From Octopus bimaculoides (Eukaryota), in the NCBI RefSeq assembly GCF_001194135.2, contig NC_068986.1, positions 11,466,959 to 11,530,958 on the forward strand: a stretch of DNA of 64,000 nt, written 5' to 3'. A program made the translations under genes and the position numbers. The notes under the pieces were generated by a model. It saw only the letters and a program-made list of their open reading frames with translations, did no database searches and was not told where the DNA came from. Shown here piece after piece: positions 26,501 to 39,358 of the stretch; positions within the stretch are counted from its first letter, which is position 1; each line of letters starts with the position of its first letter.

Positions 26501-28514
26501 CTTGTGACATTTTATTTATTTATTTACCTTTTTGACACAAAACATTGTTTAATATTTCACTATTTACAATTTAAAGCTTTGTTGTAACAAACAGTATATT
26601 TATTTTAATTGTTATATTATTTTATATTTCCTTTTAGTGAATAATAGTATCATTTGGTACTTTTTCCAATTTGTCAATCACTGTTTCTTACTGCTTTTAG
26701 AATGGGGAAAATGACACTTTTCATTATTTATCCTTTCCTATACTTCTGTCCAGTTATTTCAGATATAATCTTATCAGTATTTCTGAAAATTTCCATAATT
26801 ATTGATTGACAGAAACTGGTGGAAGCCCACTTTGTGTGTGTCCGTCCATGACCCTGTATCATCTCTAGTCATTTGTGTAATTATCCTGACTTATCTCTAG
26901 TTGTCTTGATTTCGTCCTGCCACTAGAATCAGATTGGAATGGACAAGATAGTGACAATGATGTTGTGCCTCATTTTCACTTTAAGCACATGTCATGTGCA
27001 AGTCAAGACATTATACCATCCCAGACCTGCCTTCAAGTCCTGTGGTAATAGACGAATGACAAAGTAGCAGGTGTGTGTGTGAGTGTGAGAAGGAGAGGGA
27101 GGGAGAGAGGGAGGGAGAGAGAGAGTGTGTGTGTGTGTGTGCGTGTGCCTTGTGTTGACATGGTGTGAGAGCTGTAAATGAGTGTCACTGTCATAGAAGC
27201 AGTGTCATTCATTTCCAATATTGTACAAAACCATGCCTGACCATGGGGGAAATATTACAATATCACCTGGCTTAGAAACAGGTGAGGGTTGGCAACAGGA
27301 AGCTCAACCGACTGTAGAAAACCTCCTTCAATAAACTTCATCTGACCCATGCAAGTATGGAAAAGTGGACATTAAAACAATGGTGATGATAGAATTATGG
27401 AAGCATTAGAATAGTTTCCTGTTTTCTTCTTCATATCCATTGGAAGAGTTTACAGGCTCTTCGCTACTAGCAGGTCCCTGATGTCTATTTACAACCATTG
27501 ATTGTCATTACAATACCGCTTAGGCTGTCTTTGACCTCACAAGTAACCTTGTCAACCAGGATAACTAGCGTTAGAAAGCATGGAGATATTATATACAATA
27601 TGAAATTAAATAACTGATCGTAAAAAAAATCCGAATTTAGAAAAAATATCTTTTTGTAAATTAAATTATTTTATTTGTCATTTTTTTTTTTCTTTTTAAT
27701 ATTTATTTTAACTTTGTCCAGGCATATTAAACATGTGCTGTCATGCAATCCACATTAGAAAAATGTGTTAACCAATCATAAGTATATTTTTTTTTACTAA
27801 TCAGGTTTAAATGACTTAAATATCATACTGGTTTTTAATAGAAATATCAAACATGTTTTCATTCGCTGCATCTCACTCTGACCTAGGTAAATATTATCAG
27901 ATGGCATATTTCCTACACCTATTCATACTTTGTTCAAAATCTCGCATTCAAATATCATTTGCTAAATTAGAATAATACAGATCACCATCCTCATCATCAT
28001 ATTAATGTCCACTTTTCCATGTCTGCATGGGCCAGATAGAATTTGCTGAGGTGGAATTTCTATGGTCAGGTGTTGTCCTCCCTGTTGCTAGCCCTCATCT
28101 GTTTCCAAGCAAGGCAATATTTCCCCATGATCAGATATGCCTTTTTTTTTTTTTTTTTGCAGAATATTGGAAATGAATGTCACTGCTTATATGTCAGTGA
28201 CACTCCAACTATCACCTGATGTCAAAGCAAGGAGATACAAACATACATATACCTACACACATACACATTTATGTGTATGCGTGTGTGTGTATGTGTGTGA
28301 GAGAGAGAGAGAGTGAGTGAGTATGTACTAGGGCATACTCTTAAGATACAAGGTGGTGAATATAAATGAAATGGTAAAGGATTGTCCGGGATCTGAGAGT
28401 AGGGATTTCACAAAGTGATGAACGAAAAAGGGGAGGGAAAGGGGGAATGCAGTTTAAGGGCAAGGAACAGGTCTGCAATGGTGCACGGCTTCTAGAACTC
28501 GGTTTCACTGAGAC

Positions 28515-28656
28515 AGGATGGATCTTCTCATGAACATCATGTCACCAGATATTTCAGTCCTTTGACAATACCTCTGTGGGACCCAACATCTTGAGATCAG
28601 CTATCACTACTTCATCCTTTATCTTCCTGGGTTTCCCTTTTACACAGGTGCCATCT
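28515..28656 (-). pseudogene. RTE-clade ORF C-terminal fragment
   Basis: Minus translation DGTCVKGKPRKIKDEVVIADLKMLGPTEVLSKD*NIW resembles the RTE C-terminus GxxxRGRPRKTWxEVVxxDL. Confidence 0.65.
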
Positions 28657-28697
<41 letters not shown>

Positions 28698-28998
28698 GAT
28701 ATTACAGCAGTGTGTAAGTAAATCACTTGTTTGACCCTCTTGAAAATTTTCAGTGTGTTTGCCTCAATTACTTAGTACGTCATAAAAATCGAAGTATGAG
28801 GTTTGTGTGTGTTATAAGCAAATATTGTGTCTATTTGTGTGTAATCCGCAATTTTTCATGAAAAGCATGACTATGTGACTTAAATGGTGTTTACAGCTGG
28901 TGCACTTTTATAGTTTACACCAATAAAGTTCAAAGGTCACATTCAAATTTATATTTTATCACATCGAGGATACATTTCTTCACTGTTCCATATAATAT

Positions 28999-29032
<34 letters not shown>

Positions 29033-29650
29033 AAATCTTATCGTGCAGTTTCTTTTGCATTTTTTTTTTAATGATAAAAATATATTCATACCAAATATGT
29101 AAGAAAGAAATATAATTATTTTAGGCAATTAACCTTTTGCATACACATAATTTCTTTTGCTGGTTGCAAAATGTGCATGCATATGCAAATGTGCACAGCT
29201 CAGAGGCGCTACTTGTATGAGGGATAGTTTTTCTTCATGATTTCACTGCCCATAATTACAGTTGCACATTTATAATGCAGATTGCAGATATATGTCATAG
29301 TTTTCCTGTTTACTGTTCTATGTATTAAAGTGTCATTCTATAAAAGTATTGTTAGAATCTAGCAATCAAAATATCATTTCTGTTACCTTTTAGAGCAAAA
29401 CTTAGCTTTTCACACCAAATTCCATTTCGTTATTCAGTAGTTTTCTGCTACTAAATACTCTAACAAACCTCATTACTTTCGCTCACTAAGAAACTGCCAC
29501 CATCTTTTTTTTTTTTTTATGTTTTTTTAATTATCCTTAATTTTCCATTTGGTTCACTTGAACAGACTAGGTTTCGCTGTGTAGGTTTTGTATTATACAT
29601 TTTCTGAAGAAATCAGTGATTATACTAATTTGTGACTTCTTTTCAACAGG

Positions 29651-29818
29651 CGTGACCCAGGCACAGGGGTGTCTATGTGTTAAGAAGCTTGCTTCCCAAC
29701 CACATGGCTCTGGGTTCAGCCCCACTGTGTGGCACCTTGGGCAAGTGTCTTCTATAGCCTCGGGCCGACCAAAGCCTTGGGAGTGTATTTGGTAGACAGA
29801 AACTGAAAGAAGCCCAGC

Positions 29819-29850
<32 letters not shown>

Positions 29851-30040
29851 GTTTGTGTGTCTGTGTTTGTCTTTCTACTATCGCTTGATAACCAATGTTG
29901 GTGTTTTTACATCCACGTAACTTAGAGGTTCAGCAAAAGAGGCCGATAGAATAAGTCCTAGGGGTTGGTTCGTTTGACTAAAGGTGGTGCTCCAGCATGG
30001 CCACAGTCAAATGACTGAACCAAGTAGAGGAATAAAAGAA
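29651..30040 (+). mobile_element. Full-length bipartite tRNA/CORE-type SINE (head - internal (TA)n(TG)n - 3' part). Relatives at 113-250(-), 7135-7430(-), 25880-26030, 30715-31005(-), 35745-35995, 36215-36570(-), 37545-37910(-), 37965-38100, 42665-42920(-), 55805-55960
   Basis: tRNA-like head AAGAAGCTTGCTTCCCAACCACATGG...GGTTCAGTCCC, CORE-like GCACCTTGGGCAAGTGTCTT, and 3' part ending GGTGCTCCAGCATGGCC...ATGACTGAA...AAAAGAA. Confidence 0.8.
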
Positions 30041-30789
30041 TACAATAAATACTATCCTTCCGTATGAACCATGTACCTCTGAAGGTGTGTCTGACTGCAA
30101 GGAGAATTTTTTTTATTTCTTAATGCTAGTTAGTAGTAACAGCTTGTCAAACTGTTTTGACCTATAAAAAGCACATCTATGCTGCTGCACTGCTCTTTAC
30201 ACGATAAGGAAGCTTCTACAAGGTAGCTCAACCTGCTAGAAATAGCAGCCAGTTCTCCTTCAACTCTTGCACTTCCTTCTTAAATAAGAGTAGGACACAT
30301 AAGGTCAGACACTATTATTAGTTTATTGGAGTCAAAACTGATACAGTTTCACCAATTCAAATAACAATATCAAGCTGTAAAAGAATGCATTAAGCCTTCC
30401 CATTTCACAGGTATTAATTTGAGACTGAAAAGAGTTTGTTTGTGACAAAGGAGCAGCAATTGTGTTTCTCAGAACAGGATGTTAGTAAATTTTAGATTTA
30501 ACTGCTATTCTATAAAAACATTTCTTTAATAAATTTTATGGGAACGAAACTTTTCAATCTTTTAAAATATACTTCTTTTGTTTTTAAAAACTTTATCTAA
30601 TATAAATATATTTTAGGTTACATTCTCTTAAAATTTATGTCCAGTGTTTTAATTTTGAAAAGGAACAGTTAGGTATCTGATGGAATTTATTTCTCTGAAA
30701 ATGGTCACATGTTCAGTTTCTTTAGTCTCTTTCACTGAACTGCTAAGTTATGGAGATGTAAACACACCAACACTGGTTGTCAAGAAGAA

Positions 30790-30839
<50 letters not shown>

Positions 30840-31297
30840 TATTTATACGATGAACTTCTTTCAAATTCCGCCTACCAAATCCATTCACGAGGCTTTGGTT
30901 AACGGTGGGCTGTAGTGGAAGACACTTGCCCATGGTACCAAACAAAGGGACTGAACCTGGAACCATGTGGTCAAGAAGCAAACTTCTTATCACACAGCCA
31001 ATGTGTGCCTATATGTATGTTGAGTGATTTTAATCAATGTAATAAGTATATATTATTAGTCTAATTACAAATATTTCTCTGAAAATGGTCAAGAGTAAGT
31101 TGTGGTTTTATAAACTGAGGTGCTGAAGTACTTGTATAGTGAACCCACAGCCCTGGGTCGAATACTTTCGATCATGGGTCTACTTGCCCACTGTTGACAT
31201 TCTCTCTCTCTCTCTCACTCATTCACTTTCTCTCTATCTCTCACTCATTCACNNNNNNNNNNACTCATTCACTCTCTCTCTCTCTCTCTCTCACTCA

Positions 31298-31347
<50 letters not shown>

Positions 31348-34300
31348 AGTTGATTATTCCTTAGATCCTTCCCACATTTTTGTTGGATGTGAGTGTAGCA
31401 ATCCTATATATCAGAGAGAATATTTGTTTCGTTATTTAGTTTTGAAGTGCGGCATTTTTGTAAGAAGGAATAAATGAAAAATTGTGCCATTCATATTTTT
31501 GCTGAAGATATTATTGATACGCAGTGAAGTGTGTTGGCGACAAGCTAGAATTGAAACTGCTACAGACTTGGGTGACTTATACCATTGCTTGACACTAATA
31601 TTACTTGGAATAAGTGTTTATTTATTATTTACGTGGTCTCAAAACACTTTTACCTCTTAAATCCTTTCCTGTGTTGGACTTTTTGAATACCATAATAGTT
31701 TGTTACTTAGTTCTGTCAGTATGGTTGCCATGGAAGTCAATATAAATTCATCAGGTCTTTGTATCAGATGTATTGTCTCTGATTGGAGCAATTAAGACCA
31801 ATGAAAAGCATCAGAAATGCTTCATAAAATCTTCTGTCCTGTTCAGTTTATGTTGTTACATTCTAACTGGTATGAGTAGCTCAGCGAATAAAACCCTTTG
31901 TGGTATTTATTCTGCCTGAGTTGCTCAGACGCTCCCCTGTATTTTCACCATTTAACATGTGATAATTCATCCGGGAATATGCAAACAAGGACAAACGCAT
32001 GGTATAAATTGATAAAAAAATAATAAATTTATTTCCCTGGAGAGTTTAGCAAATTGAACTTAACAACCCATCCCCAACAGACTTATTACTGCCAGCAAAG
32101 GCCATCATCAGTGTCTTTGAATTCCAGGTGTTACATCAGTTAATTCTTACCTGGCTGATGGACAAGTTCAATCTTTTTTTCATCAATAATTTTCAGCTGG
32201 TTTTTCTTGTTATTTAATATTGTACTCATAACCTGAGGCCTGCAAATGCCAATAATTTCATGAATTATTGGAGATGGGTTTTTATATATATATATATATA
32301 TATATATNNNNNNNNNNNNNNNNNNNNNNNNNNNNNNNNNNNNNNNNNNNNNNNNNNNNNNNNNNNNNNNNNNNNNNNNATTTATCTTTTCCATTCATCA
32401 TGTCTTTTCTGCTTGCTACACCCACCCTACCATTTGTCTTGGCTACATTCAGCTCATTGTTTGCCCTGCCATGCTTTAAAAATTTGCCATACCACACCCA
32501 CATCCGAGAGTATTTTGTTGCACAACCAGAAAAATATCAAAGTTTTTTTCTTCTTTTTTTTTTACTCTTGCAGTTACAAATTAGAAATTGTATAATTTAG
32601 TGTTCAAATTAGCACCATGAGTCCCATGTAGGGACAGTGTGTGAAAAGACTTAAGTTGATACTTTGTAGTACTGTGACTTTGTATTCAAATCATTTCTTC
32701 AAAATAATGTTTGTATTGTACAATGTTTTAACTGCTAATGTATTTATTCATTTACTCATCTTACTATGATGTATATATATGGATATATATCTACAAAGTA
32801 ACAACTGCTAATTCTGAAATATATGAATACTTTTATCATGCTTTCTTTTTGTTTCACTTCCTGGTTGTAGTAATTTCGCTTCACCTACATTACTCATGCT
32901 GTTGACAAATGTTGAAACCTCACATCTTCTTTTTTCCTAATTTCTAAAAGTTGTCTTCTTCATTCTTGGATGTCCATTTAAGATTTCGTTGTTAAAATTT
33001 ATGTGCAAGAAATTGGTTCTATACTTCTACAATGCACAAAATATTTTGACAATTCCATTTTTTTTTTCTCCCCTCCCCCCATCTCAATATTTAATCATAA
33101 AGGTATATTGAAATTTTTTTTAAACATTGAGTGGCTCTGGAGATCCAGTAGAATCGTTGTCATCGAGGCACTCTGTCGGTTACAACGACAAGGGTTCCAG
33201 TTGATCTGATTAACGGAACAGCCTGCTTGTAGAATTAACGTGTAAGTGGCTGAGCACTCCACAGACATGTGTAACCTTAACGTAGTTCTTGGGGGAGATT
33301 CAGCATGACACAGAGTGTGACAAGGCTGGCCCTTTGAAATATAAGTACAAGAGAAACAGGAAGAAAGGGTGAGAGAAAATTGTGGTGAACGAGTACAGCA
33401 GGATTCGCCATCACCCCCTGCTGGAGCCTCGTGGAGCTTTAAGTGTTTTCGCTCAATAAACACTCACAACGCCCGGTCTGGGAATCGAAACTGCGATCCC
33501 ACTGCACTATCCACTGGGCCATTGCGCCTCTCCAGATGTCCATAGGCGAAAAATGGCTGCTGAGAACCGCTGGATTAGATGGAAAACTGAATGTTAAAAT
33601 TTTGATAATGAGGTAGAGGGAGAGGGGGGCATTTAAAGAATATAAACTGAATTATATAAGGTGTTCGGCTTATATCAGAGATGTTTACTCTTGTTGATTT
33701 AGACAATCACCTGTATAATACAGAATGTGATAGTAACTTTATAGTTATGTTTAGAAGTGAAGACCAGCCCTTATAAGAGGCTCTTTTATTCTATCATTGA
33801 TGCTCCAGAACCAAGAAATAGGGGAAAAGAGAAGAAATAACACCCACACTCTAAATACACATCTTGAAACGAAGAATTAAATTAGGGTGATTGGGCCTGA
33901 ATAAATGAGGACAAATATGGCAGGGGTCTCTACATCATGCAGTGAGTGGATTATTGAGGCTTTTTTAATTGTTATTTAACCCTAGGTTTCTCTTGATAAA
34001 CCTTTGATCAAAGATGTTCTGATCATGACCATCCTGTCTATTTGTTTAATTGTGTCTGTATTGTTTAGTGTTCCCCCTTTTTTTTTTTTTTTTGGTTTTT
34101 TAAAGACAGAAAGGTATAATTTGAGGTAGATTTGGTTGTCATTTCGAGATGTGAGGCTCCTTTGTTGGTTTGTGATTAACAATGATGATGAATGTTGTTT
34201 TGGTGATGGTGACAATGAAGCAGAAGACAACACTTACACTATATTTCATAAACTTCATTTTTAAAAGTATCAATTTTATTATATCATCATCATCATCATC

Positions 34301-35368
34301 ATCAATATTTTTTACCGTTTTTCTTTCCTGACACATTAGATGGATTGACTCAGCTAATGTTTTACACAAGTACAGCCTTCAGCTATTTTCTCTTCTTGTT
34401 TAAAAGCGTCTTTAAGTCAACCTTCAACATCTCTAAGAATTTCAGATATATTTTTTGTTTTTGTTAATGCATTGTTAACTGATGTTGCTTTTCTATACAC
34501 TTCACATGGACAAGCCAGTCGTCTGTATCTAATTAATGCATGGTTCGTTAAGCAGCATCTTGTAGTTACATAGTAGTTAATATGCTGTCTTTCTTTAGCC
34601 TATCAATCAGTGAATAAGCACCAGATCTCTCTAACTTTTTGGTTTGTTTGTATTCTGATAATGTTTCATATCTAATTTACTACAGCATCACATTCAGAAT
34701 GGGTTTATTTATTTATCCCCCCCCCCTTTTTAAAATCTAATTTAATTTGTTCCACTTTCAGTTTTCTCATTCTGTTAAGAGTATAAACTTATTAACTGCT
34801 TGGAAACTTTTAAATTGAATGCAATTTAAATCTAATGATTCGGTGCTAATTATTTTATCGTTTTCTTTCCGTTGCTTTGTTGTCTAGTTTTGGTCCCATT
34901 AAGGACCACATCTGTAAGTCCCCTCCACTCATCATCATTTAACATCCGCTTTTCTGTGCTAGCATGGGTTGGGCAAAACTTGTTGAGTTAGATTGTAATG
35001 TTATTATAAGTTTGAATATGCTCGAGGCTTGTTTGAACCGGTGAACAAGCTACTCACTGCATTTTGTTACAGAGAATATATCCCGTTTGTTGACAAATGA
35101 CGTCTATACACCTAGATCAACTTGCAGCTGTAATTGTTGAGTTAGTTTTTCAACTGCTGGATGCCCTCCTTGTCACCAACCCTCACTTCTGTCTCTGAAT
35201 AAGATTATATTTCTCCACTGCCAGATATGTTTTCATGAAATATTACAAACAAATGACACTGCTTGTATGATGGTGGCACTCATTCACAGCTATCAAGACA
35301 AAGAAACAGTAACACATGCACACACACACACGCACGCACGCACACACACACACACACANNNNNNNNNN

Positions 35369-35417
<49 letters not shown>

Positions 35418-38400
35418 CATAGTTTCTTTCAATTTCCATCTTGCATATCCTCACACATTGCCTTGATCAGCTGTAGTGGATCAGGTGCCTTGTAGCAAGA
35501 CTGGACCTGAAACCCATGTGGTTCAGAAGCAAACTTCTTAACCACACACCCACACCTGCACCTATTTGGTGCATTGTATAGTATCCGCTCTTTAAATATA
35601 CATAAATCGCCCCTTATTTTCTTTTCATTCTCCTTATTGAGATCCTTATATTATGCAAAGTCACCTTTGTTCAAATGAGCATCATTCTATACAAAATACT
35701 TATTGTAAAATTTATTTACTCTTCTGAAATATGTGGTAGGTAGCTTGCTTACCAATCACATGGTTCCGAGAAATCTGTCATGTATATATATATGTGTGTG
35801 TGTGTGTGTTTGTCCCTCCAACATCGCTTGATAACCGATGCTGGTGTGTTTACATCCCCGTAACTTACCGGTTCGGCAAAAGAGACCGATAGAATAAGTA
35901 CTAGGCTTACAAGGAGTAAGTCCTGGGGTTGATTTACTTGACTAAAGGTGGTGCTCCAGCATGGCTGCATTCAAATGACTGAAACAAATAAAAGAATTTT
36001 CTATGCTTTGGTTGTGATCAAAGATTCTTGGCCTGAAAATATTTCCACAGTTTAGTGGCACAAACATTGTCAGACACTCAAAGAGTTTTCTCTACCAATC
36101 AGTGAATCTTGATATTGAGTCAAGAACAAGTGGAATGCATGCTGTAGAAAACAGAAGACCTGTTTAGCCAACAGAACACTCGGTAATGAGGAAGTATCTA
36201 GTTAACCTCTTTTATCTTTTAATTAGACTGCAGCCATGCTGGAGCACCATCTCGAACAATTTTTACTTAAATGAATCAAACCCATTACTTTTACTTTTTT
36301 TTAAAACCTGATACTTATTCCTTTTATCCCTTTTGCTGAACTGTAAAGTTACGGAGACGTAAACACACTAATATCAGTTGTTAATTGGTGGTGGTGTATG
36401 GAGGGGCAAACACGCATGATATGCTTCTTTCAGTTTCTGTCCACCAAATTCACTCACGAGGTTTTGGTCAGCCCGAGGCTATAGTAGAGACACTTGCTGA
36501 AGGTGCCATGCAGTGGGAGTGAACTTGGAGCCATGTGGTTGGGAAGCAAGCTTCTTACCACACAGCCAAGCCTCTGTTACTATCTTATGTATAAAGAGCA
36601 AACTAGTTTAGTGATAGGGGCAGGCATTGCTGTGTGGTTGACAAGCTTGCTTCTCAACCATTTGGTCTCTGGTTCAGTCCCATTGTGCAGTAGCTTGAAT
36701 AAATGTGTGTCTTGACATCCTGGTGATGATTGCAAATGAGCATCGCCCATCATAGAAGCAATGTTTGTTTTCATGGAGAAACAGGTGAGAGGAAGCGTGT
36801 CCAGACATAGAAAAATCTGCCTCAAATTCAGTCTGACCCAGGCAAGCATGGAACAGTGGACATTAAATGATGATGATGATGATGATGATGATGATAGTTG
36901 TTGAGACTTCAGTGAATAAATATGATGTAGTAAGCATGTTAATTTGTCAGCATGGTCAGATGTAAGGTATTGTAACAAGTGGTTTTCTTATCTTCGAAAA
37001 AGAAAGTTTGGCACTGTGTCTGCTGTAGTGATGGCATAAAACTGAGGTAGTCTTGCCAGACTAACCCATTTGACCTTTTCAAGTATGGTAAAGTAGATGA
37101 CAAAGTCATAAATCTAATGTTGATTTGCATTTTACTTAAGTTAGCAGTACAGATTTTTGATTTTAGACTTGTTTGACTACTTACTCAGGTTTTAAAATCA
37201 TAACAGCTTCTCATGTTTTATCTCTGGAAATGGTGAATCATAATTTCTATACATGAGACTACAAACTTATAATCACCGTCTTCCATTGCTATTGTCGTCG
37301 TCTTCTGTTTCTTTATCTGCATTATTATTGTTGATTGGGCAGAACCATTAGATTACTGGACAAAATATTCCTTCTGTGTCCTTGTGTTCTGATTTCAAGT
37401 CTCACCAAGGTCAACTTCCAGAGTCAATAAACTAAAGTACCAGTCAAGTACTAGCCACAATGTTATTGACCAACCCCCTTCTCCCCAAATCGCTGACCTT
37501 GTGCCAAAATTCGAAACCATTATTTTTTTTTTTTATTCATTTACTTGTTTCAGTCATTTCACTGTGGCCATGCTGGAGCACCACCTTATAGAGTTTTATT
37601 CAAACAAATCAACCTCAGGACTTACTTGTTAAAACCCAGTACTTATTCTATCAGTCTCTTTTGCTGAACCACTAAGTTACGTGGACATAAATACACCAAC
37701 ACCAGTTGTCAAGTGGTGATGGGCGGGGGACAAAACACACACACACACACACACATATGACCGGCTTCTTTCAGTTTCCATCTACCAAATCCACTCACAA
37801 GGCTTTGGTTGACCAGAGGCTATAGTAGAAGACACTTGCTCAAGGTGCCATGCAGTGGGACTGAACCTGGAATCATGTGATTGAGAAGCAAGCTTCTTAC
37901 CACACAGAAGCATGCTTCTTACCTACACCTGATTAATAAATTGTATTATTTTATTTTTAAAGTCAGCTGGCATGGCTGTGTGGTATGAAGTTTGCTTCCC
38001 AACTACATGGTTCTGCGTTCAGTTCCACAGCATGCCACCTTGGGCTGACCAAAACCTTGTGAATAAATTTGGTAGGTGGAAACTGAAAGAAGTCCATAGT
38101 TTTTTATTTTATTTTTGTAATCACAAGTGATGCTTTTTGGGGGGAAAAAAAAGTTGGGGGCATATACTGACCCTGGTCTCTTTATCATTATTGAAAGGAT
38201 GATAGACAGATATATTTAACACTGGTGGAATTTGAACTCAGATTCAAAGCAAAAGAAACAAAACACTACAATGTATTTTGTCCATTGAGGTATTTCTTTG
38301 TTCATCATCAACACCTGGATAAATACTGTCTCAAATCCTAGAACTCAAAGGGCCAGTGACCCAGTTTTCATGGCATAAGAGTAACCAAGATCACAACATC

Positions 38401-38992
38401 TCCCATGAATGAGACATCACTTTATTGCTGCAGGGCTCATTAACTGTTGAGTGAGCTAGAGCAATATGAAATGAAGAGTTTTGCTCAAGAACACACAGCA
38501 CTGCCTGTCTGTGAATCAAAATCATGATCTTATGATCAACACCGTAACTGCTAGGCCACACCTCTTTATTTAATAATGTATTAGGTGTTTCCTTTAAATC
38601 TGCTCCATTATAATTTAAATTGTAAATAGTAGGCTGCATACGGATTGAGACATAGCTTATACCGTTGTGCTGCAAGTCCTCAGATAGGTTGTTGTGGAGA
38701 TTACTAGTTGCCCAAACACTGAAGTATCCGACTATTTTATCTGTTTTATGTTAAAACTAGCCAGATCCAGCCTTTCACTCTTACTCTACGATGTCATTTT
38801 AAAAATAAACAATCACATCATCGAAATCTCAATGCTATGAGATAATGCATGATTCATTCGAAACAATGAATAAATAAGCATTACATTATCAGAGCAATCA
38901 GAATGCTAATGAGTTAAGGCATTCTTTTGATACAGAATGGATAATTTATTTTTTGTTTTAAATAAGAGAAATAGCAGCTCAGTTAATTTATA

Positions 38993-39138
38993 CAGTTCTA
39001 TATTTGATAGATGAGGAATTATATACATTATTTACATTAGACGGATATTTGTCCTCATCTTGCCCATGGGCATATAGTATAGTGGTTAAGAGTGCGGGCT
39101 ACTAACCCCAAGATTCCAAGTTCGATTCCAGGCAGTGA

Positions 39139-39187
<49 letters not shown>

Positions 39188-39358
39188 TGAATAATAATAA
39201 TAACATCGAAAAATACCTTAGGAATGAGAACCCAGGTTCTAAATTTCCCCAAGATACCTGATGAAGGCTGGAGGGTATATCAGCCGAAACGTTGTGTTAA
39301 CAACAAACAAGATGAGGACAAATATCTGTCAAATGTAAATAATGTAAATAAACAGTTA
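38993..39358 (+). mobile_element. Non-autonomous retroelement: inverted tail fragment + tRNA-derived head + (AAT)n + Penelope-type hammerhead tail
   Basis: A box TAGTATAGTGGTTAAG (39075-39090), B box GTTCGATTCC (39120-39129), (AAT)n about 39143-39202, hammerhead 39253-39298. 39024-39062 is the reverse complement of 39308-39346 (37/39). Body and tail are homologous to 23068-23240 (minus). Confidence 0.8.
39253..39298 (+). ncRNA. Minimal type-I hammerhead ribozyme motif, core intact
   Basis: GAUAC-CUGAUGA-A-GGCUG(GAGGGUAUAU)CAGCC-GAAA-C-GUU/GUGUU. Both core boxes intact, 5-bp stem II, palindromic AACGUU in place of stem III, 5-bp stem I including two G.U pairs. Confidence 0.78.

Noticed and set aside
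32140-32280. Minus-strand ORF segment (…STILNNKKNQLK…) with a strong GTAAG donor, faintly like a pogo/CENP-B HTH
   Set aside because: The similarity is too short to support, it runs into a microsatellite and gap, and no partner exon was found.
39068-39140. tRNA gene (apparent anticodon ACT)
   Set aside because: A and B boxes are present, but the anticodon and T stems have mismatches and the acceptor stem does not close. It is the head of a repeated element, not a functional tRNA.
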